A stretch of DNA of 64,000 nucleotides from Flaccisagitta enflata (Eukaryota). Of this stretch, positions 25,405 through 38,144 are shown piece after piece (within the stretch, counting starts at the first letter, position 1; every line of letters starts with the position of its first letter). Below the pieces are notes generated by a model. It worked only from the letters and a program-made list of their open reading frames with translations, searched no databases and was not told the origin of the DNA. A program made the translations under genes and the position numbers. Location: contig OZ231126.1 of the NCBI GenBank assembly GCA_965153355.1, forward strand, positions 24,924,001 to 24,988,000, read 5' to 3'.

Positions 25405-26939
25405 GTAAAACTGACTCCTCTTTCATCAAAACAAGGCCGTATACACGGCTACCCCAGTCGTGTGCGGGTGGGCACGGGCAGTGATAGAAAAGGTCACAAG
25501 GGCGTTTGGGCTGGAGCAGTGAGTTCAAAAAGTTCAAAGACGCTGAAAAGGGGGGACCAATCGATGGACGGACGGACAAAGCGGGGTGTAGAGTCGCGTA
25601 ACACGCGACTAAAAACTGCGACTGTATTCTTGTGTCGTTCATCTAGAAATCGGTGTCATAACATCTATTTCACTCATTGGTCTCGAATTAGCCGATATTT
25701 ATGATTTGAGCAATATCCACGCTTTGCTTTTATGCCCTCATCCAACTGGTCGTGGCAGATGAACTAGATGAAAGCATTGTATCTGGCCGTGTTTTTATTT
25801 GTGAGAACGGAGAGTGGAATGGTAAATGACAGATGATCGAGAGAATAGAGAGGAATATTTGATGAATTAATGGCATGACTCTATAACAAAATCTCCTTTT
25901 ACTGTCCCTGTTGTTCTCAGAAACAAGTATTTCTGCTTGATTTGAAAACAATATGTTTAAGACCGAAAGACTAAGATGTTCAGTGCAATTTTGGAATTTA
26001 CCATTAAAAAAAATCATAGAAAATCACTTACAAGGGGGAATTTTTTCGAAAGGTTTGGATATGCGGAAAGAAATGAAAGGGGAATAAAGAAAAAAAGAGA
26101 AAATTGACGGCGATTTTATACTTTTGGCAGTTTTAAAACTTGTTCCATATTTAGAAACACAATTTAACTCTTACCTCAAAATGCACTCTTCTATTGTTCT
26201 ATAGGGTAGAACATCAGATATTCTTGAACACGTCGCGATGGCCGTGGGGGGGGGGGGGGGGGGCAGAGGCCGGGGTGGGGAGAGAGAGTAGAAAACTGGA
26301 AGAGCGAGTACAGATAGCAAATGGAATAAGAAGGATAAGAGGATAAGTAGATTAAGAGAGCCCTGATAGAGACAGAAGGCTGGTCAGGGGCGAAAACAAC
26401 AAAAAGGACTTACGTTACAAATATATGATCGACCGAAGGACTAACCGACTGGCAAATCGGCGAACTGACCGGCCAAAAATGTTTTAAAGAGTCGCTTTTC
26501 CGGGGCTAAGAAAAATAGCAAACTGAACAAAAATGACATAAAAAAAAAAACAACAACAAAAACAAACCAAGGGGCCATGGGTTAGATCTTTTTCCACTGC
26601 GTACATCATTTTTTGCCACATCAACATTTTTTACAACATTGAGAAAATGATACAATGATTTTTTATGTTCATTTTGGGATATGTTACAGTTTTACTCAAG
26701 CGTCAAACGATTCCTGTTGGCTGTTGCCTCAATATTTCTTATCTGTTTCTGTATCTCGGGTTTGGTAAATGGCCAAAAATGGGGCAGTGCACTGCAGTGG
26801 TGTCAAAGGTGCGGTGGACCTTTCAAATGATTTTTCAAGTCAAGAAATAAAACCTCTAATGCCCGATCTAGAGTCGTGTATCTTGAAGAATTCTGATGCA
26901 GAGCAGCCGCATGATGGGCATTTTATGAAATTTGCATTG

Positions 26940-27617
26940 AACAAGGCCAAGTAGGCCAATAAGGTGCGACGTGTGGATCGTCGAACGAATGCGTTACAGA
27001 CAGACCGACCAACCAACCATCGGACACAGCCAGTTATAGAGGAGCTTTGTCGCACCTAAAAAAAAAGGCCATAAGAGGTTCAAATAATTAATCCGCTGCG
27101 ATCTCATTTCTTGGGGTTCCCAAATAATAGAATTAAATTAATTTGCCTCGGTTAACCAACACTTGATGATTAAACATTCTCGCGTTTAATTCCCGCATAA
27201 AATGGTGTGACTTTTTAGTGGCGACAAAGCACCTCTATAATTGGCTCTGTCCATTGGTCGGTCTGTCTGTCTGTCTGTCTGTCTGTCTGTAACGCATTCG
27301 TTCGACGATCAACACGTCGCACCTTATTGGCCTACTTGGCCTTGTTACCCTGTTATCTCGTTCTGTCCCTTTCTTTCCCGTTCCCGTTCTTTGGCACTCA
27401 CTTTCCTGTTCCTACCCTTCCCCCTCATCTTTATCACATGCCCGTCCATCAATCTTCCCTTCTCCTTCTTATTTATTTCGATCTTTTTTGTTAAGTGCGC
27501 CAAAGCAAGTCTGTAAGAGGTCTGTCGTTTGGTCGGTTGGTTGTTTGGTTGGTCGGTCGGGTAACACATTCGTTTGACGATCCAGATGGCGCTCATGTTG
27601 GCGCACTTGGCCTTGTT
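26940..27617. mobile_element. Three ~125-bp HINE-like elements in the thymosin paralog-1 intron
   Basis: 26940-27063 (-), 27212-27346 (+), 27489-27617 (+). Pattern TTTTTAG(G)TGCGACAAAGC ... GGCCTACTTGGCC-TTGTT. Confidence 0.7.
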
Positions 27618-27707
27618 TTTGCTGTTTTCTTCTGCCCTCCTCACTTACCCATCTCACTCTTCTCTACCCATCACTCTCACTATTTCTCCTCCCCCCCTTT
27701 ATCGCAG

Positions 27708-27938
27708 ATGGCAGACACCAGTTTGAACGAGGGCGTGAAGGATGCGATCAAGAAGCACGACCGCTCCTCTTTGAAGCCGACTGAAGTGGCTGATAAGTCG
27801 GCGGTCTCAAGTCACGACATGTTGCTGGCCACGGTGGCTCAGGGCACGGCCAAAGATCGACTCAAACCAGCAGAAACCCAAGAGAAGACGTGGAAACCAA
27901 CAGCCGAAGATATCGCAGAAGACAAGAAAGAATCCTGA
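27708..27938 (+). CDS. Two-repeat beta-thymosin / WH2 (actobindin-like) actin-binding protein, paralog 1, 76 aa
   Basis: MADTSLNEGVKDAIKKHDRSSLKPTEVADKS...LLATVAQGTAKDRLKPAETQEKTWKPTAEDIAEDKKES. LKPTE and LKPAETQEK...P...I..DK match the beta-thymosin LKKTETQEKNPLP..E.IEQEK pattern. The ATG directly follows a polypyrimidine tract and CGCAG acceptor. Confidence 0.88.
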   Translation: MADTSLNEGVKDAIKKHDRSSLKPTEVADKSAVSSHDMLLATVAQGTAKDRLKPAETQEKTWKPTAEDIAEDKKES

Positions 27939-28298
27939 TATAATGATAACGATAGTATTTATAAAATTGTTTTCCATTAAAAAAAACTTGCAAACACCAT
28001 CCGCTGCGCCGACGCATACATGAACATATCGTATATCTAGTCTTCTCTGTCTTTCTATCTTTCTGTTTCTGCATGTCAGATTGACTGTTTTTTTGTTTTT
28101 TATTTATTCCATGTTTTTTTTCTTTAAGTGTGAGTGCCATCATGGGATCATGACTATCAGAATGTAGACCGCAGACCTCAAACTTCTTTCTTTCAAAAAG
28201 CACTGAAAACACAGCTACGATGAGTCAAGTTATAATTTCTAATATCAGGTAGGCAAACTTGACAATAACACAGCACCATTGTATCCTGAAATGGAACA

Positions 28299-30625
28299 AT
28301 ACCAGTACTGGCGGCTGTCGCCGTGAGGAAAATACGTAAGCATTAATCACTTTTCACAAAATTTTTGTCTTCAGTCACTGCAATTTTTTTTATTTGTTAG
28401 ATCCAATCATAAGTGATTACATGTACTATCTTGGAAAAAAAATTGTTCATTACATTGAGCCTTATATCTTTTAAGAAAACTCAAAAAATCTTAGAAAAAT
28501 TGAAGAAATAAATGAAGCCCTTCAAATTTGCAAATCATCTCACGGTGTCCAGGAACAAACCATAGGTTGAAAAAAATGGTCAAGACTCCTGACCAGAAAA
28601 AATGTCTTTTTGGATGCATTAGCCATAAATTAATGGCAAAAATAAATTAAAAATTGGCTTGGAAATATAGAAATGATAGTTCAATAATACAAAAAAAAGG
28701 CATTTTAAAGTATTTTCTAGATTAAAAATTATATTCATGGCTTCTAACAGTATGAAAAAATATATGAAAAGTTTGGCTACAGTGGCTGCACTAATGCATT
28801 TACCAACTTATATTTGTTTAGAGTGATTTTTCAATAATCTAAACCAAAAATTGCCAAAAAACTACTGTAAAATGATTGTTTTTCACTGTTTTTTTGCTAT
28901 TTTTCAGCTCTAATCCATTGAATAGTTCTTAAAATAAGCTGGTATATATTCCAGCATGTGTATCTCAACAATATTTGTACACTATTCATAGTTTTCAAGA
29001 ATTTAAAAAAGAAAACTATGAAAGAAAGCTGAAAAAAATCAATTTCCTTGTTTAAACTAGTTTTTTTCAGCTCTTATCTGTAAAATAAGCCTCTAAACCT
29101 ACCAAATAGTTAAAAGCTTTTTTGACAGCAACTATTGCCACAATTTTCAGATATTTTTAAACTGCTGGAAGCTGCAATCTTAATTATAAACATGAAAAAT
29201 ATGTAAAAATGCTTAATTTTTGCTATACTACCTAGGAAATATGTTTTGCGACACCTTTAAAGAGAGATAGCTCAACTTCCCCTTGACAAAAGTAAAAAAA
29301 ATTTATGAGCATTTTAATCTACATTGAAAAATCTACAATCTGAGTCCAATCTCGTCTCTGTGTGTCAAACCATTTAGAAATGCCATATGTTTAAAGTTGA
29401 TCTAGTTCTTTCAAAAATGGCAGAAAATTAGAATTTATTTTTTCTTCTACCCTTCCATCTTTGAAATGCTCTCAAATTTGACTAAAATATGAAAAAAACA
29501 TGCAGATTGCACCACTGGTTCGCTCTTGAGCTCTAGTTTTATAATCTCATGGATTTTTAGTCAACTTTTGGAAGGGGAGTAGCTCAAATTTGCAGCCAAA
29601 ATGACCAAAATCTGCTATTATCACTACAACCATTTCTTAGTTGTGATAAACAAACCTAACTCGCGGTCCTTTGATTGGATCGAAGATTTTTTTTCTCTTT
29701 TGATCTAGTAAGTTTGAATATAAAGATAACTAGAAACGATCAGATACACCAGTTTTGAGCACATGAGGGGGGAAACATACTACCAACCCTAAGTGTCGCC
29801 AAACTTTTTTCCTAGATAGTAATAGGCTTGAAATTCTTTATTTCCAAGCCAATTTTTTAATTTTTACTATAAATTGATAGTTAATGCATTATAAAAGACA
29901 TTTTTCAGGCCAGGAGTCTCGACCATTTTTTTCAACCTATGGTTTGTTCCTGAACGCCGTGATCTACGCAAACCGCATCTTGCTATCTCAATGGGATTAG
30001 AAGTTATCTCACTTTGAATGAAAATCTTCCGTTTGAAAGTTTTGTAATTTGATTTTCATATCAGGTGATTTTTTCATTCAAACAGCTATAGCTTGTTTGT
30101 TTATTGATTAATTAACAAAAAATTGGTGACCAAAATGTAGAATTTTTAAGGATGCATCTTTTCTTTTTTTGGTGCAACAAAATTAGTCTTGCCATCAAAA
30201 AGTTTTGGTCAAATGAAGACAAAGAAAAGAAGAAGTTTCTCATTGCTTAAAAAATCTTACGCCAGATTACCTCAAGAAGCTCTAAAATCACTTTCTGGAC
30301 AAATACAGACCGCCATCCACTCTAAAAGAGTTCATACAAATGTCATATGATTTGAAATTGATTAGTATTCATTTCACTTGTTTAAAGATGCACTTATGTT
30401 GTTAGGTGAACAGTTTTTTTTTTCTAAGATAGACTGCACTGAAAATCAGAAAAGGATAGGACTGAGACAAATGAGGTAGATGAGCAAGATGAGCAAAGTG
30501 AAAGAGAATTATAAAATTTACTTACCTTATCAATTTTTCACCAAGTTTTATTCTTCAATCACTGCAATTTTTGTTATTTGTTAGGTTGAATCAAAAGAAT
30601 CTATTGCACTGAAAATCAGAAAAAA
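28299..30625. mobile_element. Degraded relative of the 15937-19396 element (host of 28541-29961)
   Basis: ATACCAGTACTGGCGGCTGTCGCCGTGAG...TTTTCAC matches 18500-18600. Further matching pieces lie at 30435-30620 and 34800-34856. Confidence 0.6.
28541..29961. mobile_element. CAC...GTG element with 4-bp TSD (Chapaev/CMC-like, non-autonomous)
   Basis: CACGGTGTCCAGGAACAAACCATAGGTTGAAAAAAATGGTC / GACCATTTTTTTCAACCTATGGTTTGTTCCTGAACGCCGTG, with ATCT on both flanks. Confidence 0.85.
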
Positions 30626-33600
30626 CAGGTCGCTCTAGCGTCATATGGAAAACGGTTCCCATTGCCCCATTGATGTTATTTATTATTGTGATGTTAAGGT
30701 AATGGGGCAGTGGCCTTGGAGTGGCCGATGACTTATGATTCCACATAGGGCTGATTTGAGTCCTGACAGGCTTGATTCAGGTCAATGAGGGCTGATTTGA
30801 GTCCTGAGAGGTTATATTCAGGTCTGCAAGGGCTTATTCCAGGAGGGCTGTACAAGCTGATTTCAAGCCTGAGAAGGCTGATTTGAGGTCTGCGAGGGTT
30901 GATATGAGTCCCAAGAGGCTGATTTTAGGCTTAGGAGGGCTCATTTGAGGCATGAATAAGCTGATTTCAGGCATAAGAAGGCTGATTTGAGGTCTGGAAG
31001 AGCTGATTTGATGCCTGTATCAGCTTATTTCAGGCCTGAGAAGGTCTACGAGGGCTGAATTGAGCCCTGAGAGGCTTGATTCAGGTCTGTAAGGGCTAAT
31101 TTTAGGCTAAGGAGGGCTAAGATTACTGAATGAGCTGATTTCAGGCCTGAGAAGGCTGATTTGCGGTCTGGAAGAGCTAATTTGAAGCCTGAGAGGGCTT
31201 ATTTTAGGCATTAGAAGGCCTATTTGGGGTCTGGCAGCGCTGATTTAGGACCTGAGAGGGATGATTTCAGGCCTGAGAAGGCTTATCTGAGGTCTGGAAA
31301 AACTGATTTCAGGCCTGAGCGGGCTGATTTCAGGCCTGAGAATGCTGATTTGAGGTCTGGAGGAGCAGTTTGAGAGCTGATTTGAGGTCTAGAATGGCTC
31401 GAGGGGGGGAACGGAATTAGACGGAGAAACAGAGAAACAAAATTGCCCTATGTGGAATAGCACGGGGGTATATGGCAAAAAATGGTCAGAGCCTTTATGT
31501 TCAGGAGATGTGCGCACCATTTCATAGTATAATGCACCAAAAAAAATTTGGAGGTCGTCCGATGTCGGGAAGATGGCGCCGCCACCCCCCCCTTTGAGTA
31601 AAGTGGTGGTGGTGGAACAAATCTTGTTGTTTAAGATCATTTTGCCTTCATAATTGGGCCACTTTGCCTTAGAAAAATGACAAAAAATCCATGAGATTAT
31701 AAAACTAGAGCTCAAGAGCTAACCATTGGTGCAATCTGCATGTTTCTATCATAACCGGCCAAACCAGCCTACCGCCCAACTAGCTTACCAGCCTAAAAGT
31801 GAAAAACATGCATAACTTTGACATTTTTCAACGGATTTAGTTGAAACTTGGTATGTGGTCTCTGAATGGAAGGATTCAACATATGAATTTGATTTATAAA
31901 GATTTTAGCATGCTAACCGGCCAAGCCAGTTTACCACCCAACCAGCCTACTAGCCTAAAAGTGAGAAACATGCATAACTTTGGCATTTTTCAATTGATTT
32001 ATTTGAAACTTTGTATGTAGTCTCTAAATGGAAGGACTCAACATAAGAATTCAATTTATAAAGATTTTAGCATGCTAACCGATCAAACCGGACTACCATC
32101 CAACTAGCCTACCAGCCTAAAAGTGGAAAACGTGCATAACTCTGTAATTTTTCAATTGATTTGGTTGATACTTAGTATAAAGTCTTGAAATGGAAGGACT
32201 CAACATATGTATTTGATTTGTTAAGATTTTAGCATGCTAACTGACCAAACCGGCCTATTACCCAACCAGCCTACCAGCCCTAAAGTGAAAAACCTGCATA
32301 ACTTTGACATTTTCCAACCAATTTGGATGAAACTTGGTATGTAGTCTCTAGATGCATGCAAACCGGCCTACCACCCAACCAACCTACCACCTTCAAAGTG
32401 ATAATTGTGCATATCTTGAACAATATTCAATCAATTTGGCATTGTCAAACGGCATTGTCAAATGGCGTTGTCAAACAGGGGTTGAGAGGTAAGCTGCTTT
32501 GGTTGCATACGTACATCAAGTCATTTCATTTTGAGTCTGCATACCAAGTTTTAGTTTTAAACAAATTGATTGCAAGTTGTTCAAGTTATGCTTACTTATC
32601 ACTTTGAAGGCGGTAGGTCGGTTGGGTGGTAGGCCAGTTAGCATGCCAGAATCTTTATAAATCAAATTTATACGTTTTCCTTCCATCTAGAGACTTCATA
32701 CCAAGTTTCAACCAAATCGGTTGAAAAAAGCCAAAGTTATGCAGGTTTTTTTTATTTCTAGGCTGGTAGGCTGGTTGGGTGGTAGGCCGGTTTGGTCAGT
32801 TAGCATGCTAAAATCTTGACAAATCAAATACATATGATGAGTCCTTCTATTTTGAGGCTTTATACTAAGTTTTAACCAAATCAATTGAAAAATTACAAAG
32901 TTATGCACGTTTTTCACTTTTAGGCTGGTAGGCTGGTAGGCTGGTAGTCTGGTTTGGCCGGTTAGCATGTTAAAATCTATATAAATTGAATTCATATTCG
33001 AGTCCTTTCATTCAGAGACTACATACCAAGTTTCAACCAAATCAAATGAAAAATGCCAAAGTTATGCATGTTTTTCACTTTTAAGCTGGTAGGCTGGTTG
33101 GGTGGTAGGCCGGTTTGGCCGGTTAGCATGCTAAAATCTTTATAAATCAAATTCATATGTGGAGTCCTTCCAGTCAGAGACCACATACTAAATTTCAACG
33201 AAAACGGTTGAAAAATGCCTAAGTTATGCACGTTTTTCACTTTTAGGCTGGTAGGCTTGTTGGGTGGTAGGCTGGTTTGGCTAGTTATGATAGTAACATG
33301 CAAATTACACCACTGGTTAGCTCTTGAGCGCTAATTTTATAAACTCATGGAGTTATTGTCATTTTTTAAGGCAAAGTGGCCCAATTTTGAAGTCAAAATG
33401 ACCTTAAACAACAAGATTTGTTCCATCACCACTATTTTATTCAGGGGGGGGGTGATGGCGCCATCTTCCCGACAACGGACGACCTCCAAATTTTTTTTGG
33501 TGCAATATACCAGGAAATGGTGCGCACATCTCCTGAACATAAAGGCTCTGACCATTCTTTGCCATGACCCCCCGTGCTAATGTGGAATCATAGGTCATTG

Positions 33601-33626
33601 GCCCCTCCGGGACCGCTGCCCAAAAA
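30623..33626 (-). mobile_element. GGGCAGCGGCCCC-family element (type iv), host of the hAT foldback
   Basis: Tail AACAGGTCGCTCTAGCG...TGCCCCATT-loop-AATGGGGCA and a 21-bp satellite at 30750-31390. The head is split at the ATGTGGAA TSD. Confidence 0.7.
31458..33579. mobile_element. 2.1-kb palindromic hAT-type foldback element with 162-bp internal tandem repeats
   Basis: Termini TAGCACGGGGG / CCCCCCGTGCTA and perfect 8-bp TSD ATGTGGAA (31450-57, 33580-87). The 162-bp units start at 31753, 31915, 32077 and 32239 and are mirrored in the right arm. Confidence 0.9.
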
Positions 33627-33696
33627 AGGATTGAGCCAAATGAACTAAAATACTCAGAATCACTCCTACTGATAATCACCTTTACTTTCTTGCATA

Positions 33697-34776
33697 TTTT
33701 TTGGGCAGCGGCCCCAAAGGGGACGAAGCCCTGTAGAACACAGGGGGACTTTCGTTCGTCCGTCTGTTTGTCCGTCCAACTGTTTGTTCGTCCATCCCCC
33801 CTAGGCCCTCTCGAGCCTAAAATCTGCCCTCTCAGGCCTTGAATCTGCCCTCTCAGGCTTGAAATCTGCCCTCTCAGGCAGGAAATCTGCCCTCTCTTGC
33901 CTGAAATCTGCCCTCTCAGGCCTGAAATCTGCCCTCTCAGGCCTGAAATCTGTCCTCTCAGGCCTTAGATCTGCCCTAACTGATTCAAGGCCTTAGAGTG
34001 CATATTTCAGGCCTGAGAGGGCAGATATCAGGCCTGAGAGGGCAGATATCAGGCCTGAGAGGGCAGTTTTAAGGCCTGAGAAGGCCTAAAAGGGGATGGA
34101 CGGACGGATGGACAGATGGATGAACGAAAGTCCCCCTGTGTTCTGCAGGACTTTGTCCCCTTTGGGGCCGCTGCCCTGCTTCCTCTCACTCCAACTCACA
34201 ATCATGCAAAGCAGGGCAACAGGTATCGCTGACCACATATTGCCCTTGGGCGACCTGTTTTTGGGCAGCGGCCCCAAAGGGCCGATGTCCTGTATAACAC
34301 AGGGGGGAATTTCGAGACGTCCGTCCGTCCTTCCGTCCTTCCGTCCTTCCGTCCTTCCATCCTTCCCCCCCCCCCCGTTGACCATCAAGGCCTCAAATTA
34401 GCCCTCCCAGGACTCAATTTAGCCCTCCAGGCCTAAAATCGACCCTCTTGGCTTCATATCAACCCCCCTCCCATGCCCTAAATCTGCCTCCCAGACCTCA
34501 AATCTGCCCTCTAGACCTCAAATCTGCTCTCCAGACCTTCAATCAGCCCTCCAAGCTTAAAACCAGCCTGCCAAATCTGCTCTCCAAGCCTTAATCATGC
34601 CCTCCAACCCTCAGATATGCCTTCAGTGGCATAAATCAGCCAACTAGAGCCCCCTCAGGACGGACGGACGTCTCGAAATTCCCCCCTGTGTTCTACAGGA
34701 CATCGGCCCTTTGGGGCCGCTGCCCTGCTCTCACTTCACTTTTTCACTGGATCACTCAGCAGGGCACCAGGTACCG
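33697..34776 (+). mobile_element. Head-to-tail pair of GGGCAGCGGCCCC elements (type i 33697-34259, type iii 34258-34776)
   Basis: Junction ...TTGCCCTTGGGCGACCTGTTT|TTGGGCAGCGGCCCC. Confidence 0.8.
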
Positions 34777-35975
34777 CAAAATATTTTTTACTTATAGCTA
34801 AATGATCTGAATTATGTAGAACACTCAAAAACACCCTCACAGATGAGCAGCTATGCCGATATTATTTCCATTCAGTTGTTAATTCATTCATTCATTCATT
34901 AATCCTTTCATCTATTCATTCATTCATTCATTCACTCATTTTTTTTTATGCATTCATAACATTCATTCATTGAAATTGTTCATTTATCAAAAAACTTGTA
35001 TTCATTCATTCTTAGTCGGCAAGGCGCACATATTGGCCAAACTAGATAAATATTTTACTTTTTTTTTTTCAGTCAGCATCCATTTTTTTTTTCATTGATT
35101 ATTATTTTATTTGTTTTGCAATGTCTGCAGTTTCGTTACTCAAGAAAATGATTTATTTGTTTTTCATCTTCTTTTTTTTTCATTTGCTTTTTCTTTTCCC
35201 TCTTCTTCTTTTTCTTCCCCGCCTCCTTCTTTCATGCCTTCTAGGCGATGAAAAAATCTAAAAATACCCATATTTTCATGCCTTCCAGTGAAATTTGCCT
35301 TATAGGCGGGTGCGCAATAGACGGGGTTTCTTAACAAAGAAGTTAAGGCAAAAAAGTAGGGACTTTTGAAATCATGCCATCTAGCGAGGGATGCCTTATT
35401 AGCGGGTGCGCTCTAGTGAAGCTCGACTGTATTCGGTGAGGGCTTACAAGGCCCTCTTCCATATTTCTCAGTTTGGGTATAGTAGGGGATGTTGTTCTAC
35501 TTTTTATATACGCTTTATTCACACATAATCCGGAAACAAAATATTTTGGACACAGATTGGAGGTGGCAGTCTAGGAAGCCTCGGCTCAGATATGCCACGG
35601 TTTGTATCAGTTTATCGATAACAAAACATGCGGGCGATACCAGACAAAATAATGTTCGAATCACCAGCATCACTACTGACCAAAAAAGCCGAGCAAAAGT
35701 TCCTCATCTTCTGTTCTATTTAAATGATCAAGTGGAACAATGTCCCTCACTTCACCCAAACTGTAATTCATAGAAGTGGGCCTCACTGACTAGTTCATGC
35801 GCGCACAAAAAAATATCAGTATCAAATGATAGATAAAAACGCTTTAACCATGTTATATGATTGCCTACATTTTTTTTACGATTAAATTTTAGTCTCAATC
35901 AATTGAAACGCGGCAAAAATCATTAACTGTCATTCTTTTTTCCTTTGTCTTTTAAACAAAGTTACTTGAAATAAG

Positions 35976-36099
35976 ATTCCGTTACTCCTCAAAATTTCGC
36001 CCTCTGAAAAATCTAACGTCCAAATCCGGGACTAAAGTCTTCGAGGCTTCAAAGAGAGAGATTGAAGCACGTTTTGATTCTTTCCTTAACGACACAAAG
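35976..36099 (+). other. Putative non-coding 5' exon of thymosin paralog 2 (5' boundary uncertain)
   Basis: Homologous to 25270-25404. Donor CAAAG|GTAAGA at 36100. Confidence 0.6.
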
Positions 36100-36660
36100 G
36101 TAAGAAGAATACAGGGAATACCCCGCCTACCGGGACGAAAGAAAACGACGTATCTGTGCAACTAAAAATGATAGACCAATTCTGAAAACAGTTCTAAAGA
36201 GATTTTTTGCACACATTTTGTTATCTTTAAACTTTGTTCAGGTGAGACCAATACTTTGGCCACATCATTACATTCTGTGAAAATCAAAAAAAAAATGGAA
36301 TTGCAAAATATTGGGATTGGGATATTTGCATACCAGATCTTCATACTCTTGCCAAATCTAGACGAATTGAGCAATCATGTTGGAATTGGTCTTGAATGAT
36401 AGATAATTTGATCTAGTTTCATATTTTACCATTCAAATAGCCTACTGTTGAAATTCAGCTGAGATAAAAAAAGTTAAATTTTTTTTTCATCCATTGATTA
36501 TAAAAGTTCACTGATAGAGCCCTCGATATCAGTTTCTAAAGCTTTTTCATGAAGCAACGTGGGTCACCCCTCAATTTAGGAGAAATCCAAGTACAGGGTG
36601 TTTCATGCCAAATTAGATATAAGAAATTGATGCCACTAAGAACGTAAAAATAGTTCTGAA

Positions 36661-37106
36661 AAAGTCGCAAAAGCGTTAGATGGTCAGCGGTACCCGTGCC
36701 CTGCTTAAGTGGGTTGTGGTTGAAGTTGAGGGGGGAGCAGGGCAGCGGCCCTGAAGGGGTCAATGACCTATGCTTTCACACATATGGGGAATTTTCTCCT
36801 CCTCCTCCCCCTCCCCCCCTCCCCCCAGCCTATAGGCCCATATCTCAGCCTGGAGGCCCATATCCCAGCCTTGAGGCCCAAATCCCAGTCTTGAGGCCCA
36901 AATCCCTAGAGACTGGAATCTGGGCCTTGGGGTTGGGATTTGGGCCTCAAGATTGGGATTTGGGCCTCGAGGCTGGGATATGGGCCTCCAGGCTGAGATA
37001 TGGGCCTGGAGGCTGGGGGGAGGGGGAGGAGAAGAAGGAGGAGGAGAAAATTCCCCATATGTGTGTAAGCATAGGTCATCGACCCCTTCGGGGCCGCTGC
37101 CCAAAA
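36661..37106 (-). mobile_element. GGGCAGCGGCCCC-family element (type ii) in the thymosin paralog-2 intron
   Basis: Complete tail, inverted 20-bp arrays and head. Confidence 0.8.
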
Positions 37107-38144
37107 GGATTCAAAGAGCTCTTGAGCTCCGATTTTTTTGTGTTAAAACTTAATTGGTCTGAGTAAGATAGTTTGGCCATAACATCAGGATGAAGTAGAA
37201 TGAATATCCACAGTTAAAGTTCATTTAACCTTCTCTTAATCTTGGAAAATTTTCTTTAAATTGGTCTCATTTCTAAACGGCTTGAGCCACAGATGCCAGA
37301 TTGGTCTCAAATTAAAAAAGATTTGATAAGCTTTAATTTGAGACAAATCAAGCCGTTTAGAAATGAGAGCAATTCAAGGTACAACTTTCTTTTTAAGACC
37401 CTTTAGTGCGACCTATCAAATGGAAGAGTATTTTGTTAGGAATAACAATTACCTAATTTAACAGTCAAAAAATGAGTCAAACTAACCCGTAAAATTCTTT
37501 ATGCAAAATCAAGCTGAAAATCTTTAATTTCTAACCTTTTCTAACAAAGCCGGATACACGGCAATCCAGTCGCGGACGGTTGGGCAGGAGCAGTAACGCG
37601 TAAATCGCTCTGAATGGAAAAAATGTGACCGGTAGACCGACCGACGGACCGATCGACGGACATACCGACCGACACGACAAAGTGTAGAGTCACGTGTCTG
37701 CGACTAAAAACTGGTTGATATAAACATGAGAGATGACCTACTCAAAACTGCAAATGAACCCAGAGTAATGCGATTCTTGTCTCAAACTGACCCAGAGACA
37801 GCAGTGCAGTGCGCTGACCTTGCCAAACCGTACGCTTTTGATTCTGGGGTGTTGCCATGATGGGGTCAGTCCGTTTGTTGGGCAATCCTTCAGTCCGTTT
37901 GTTGGGCAATCTGTCAGTCATAAAATGTTTGGATTGCTAGCAGTTATATGCCCCTGCCAAACCATCTGTGATTTAGGGGAGCTCTATCCTGGATATGTGT
38001 GATATCTGAGGAAATCAAATGGGAGAGAAGTCAAAAGCCACACCCCTCCTCGCCCCCTCTTTCCTTCTCTCTTTCTTGCCCTTCCCCCCCCCCTCCTCGC
38101 CTCTTCTTTCCTTCCGCCTTGCCCTTACCCTCCCCCTATCGCAG

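Noticed and set aside
27495-27707. N-terminal extensions of the thymosin ORFs (also 38019-38144)
   Set aside because: They consist of HINE sequence and polypyrimidine tract upstream of the acceptor and are not conserved between the paralogs.
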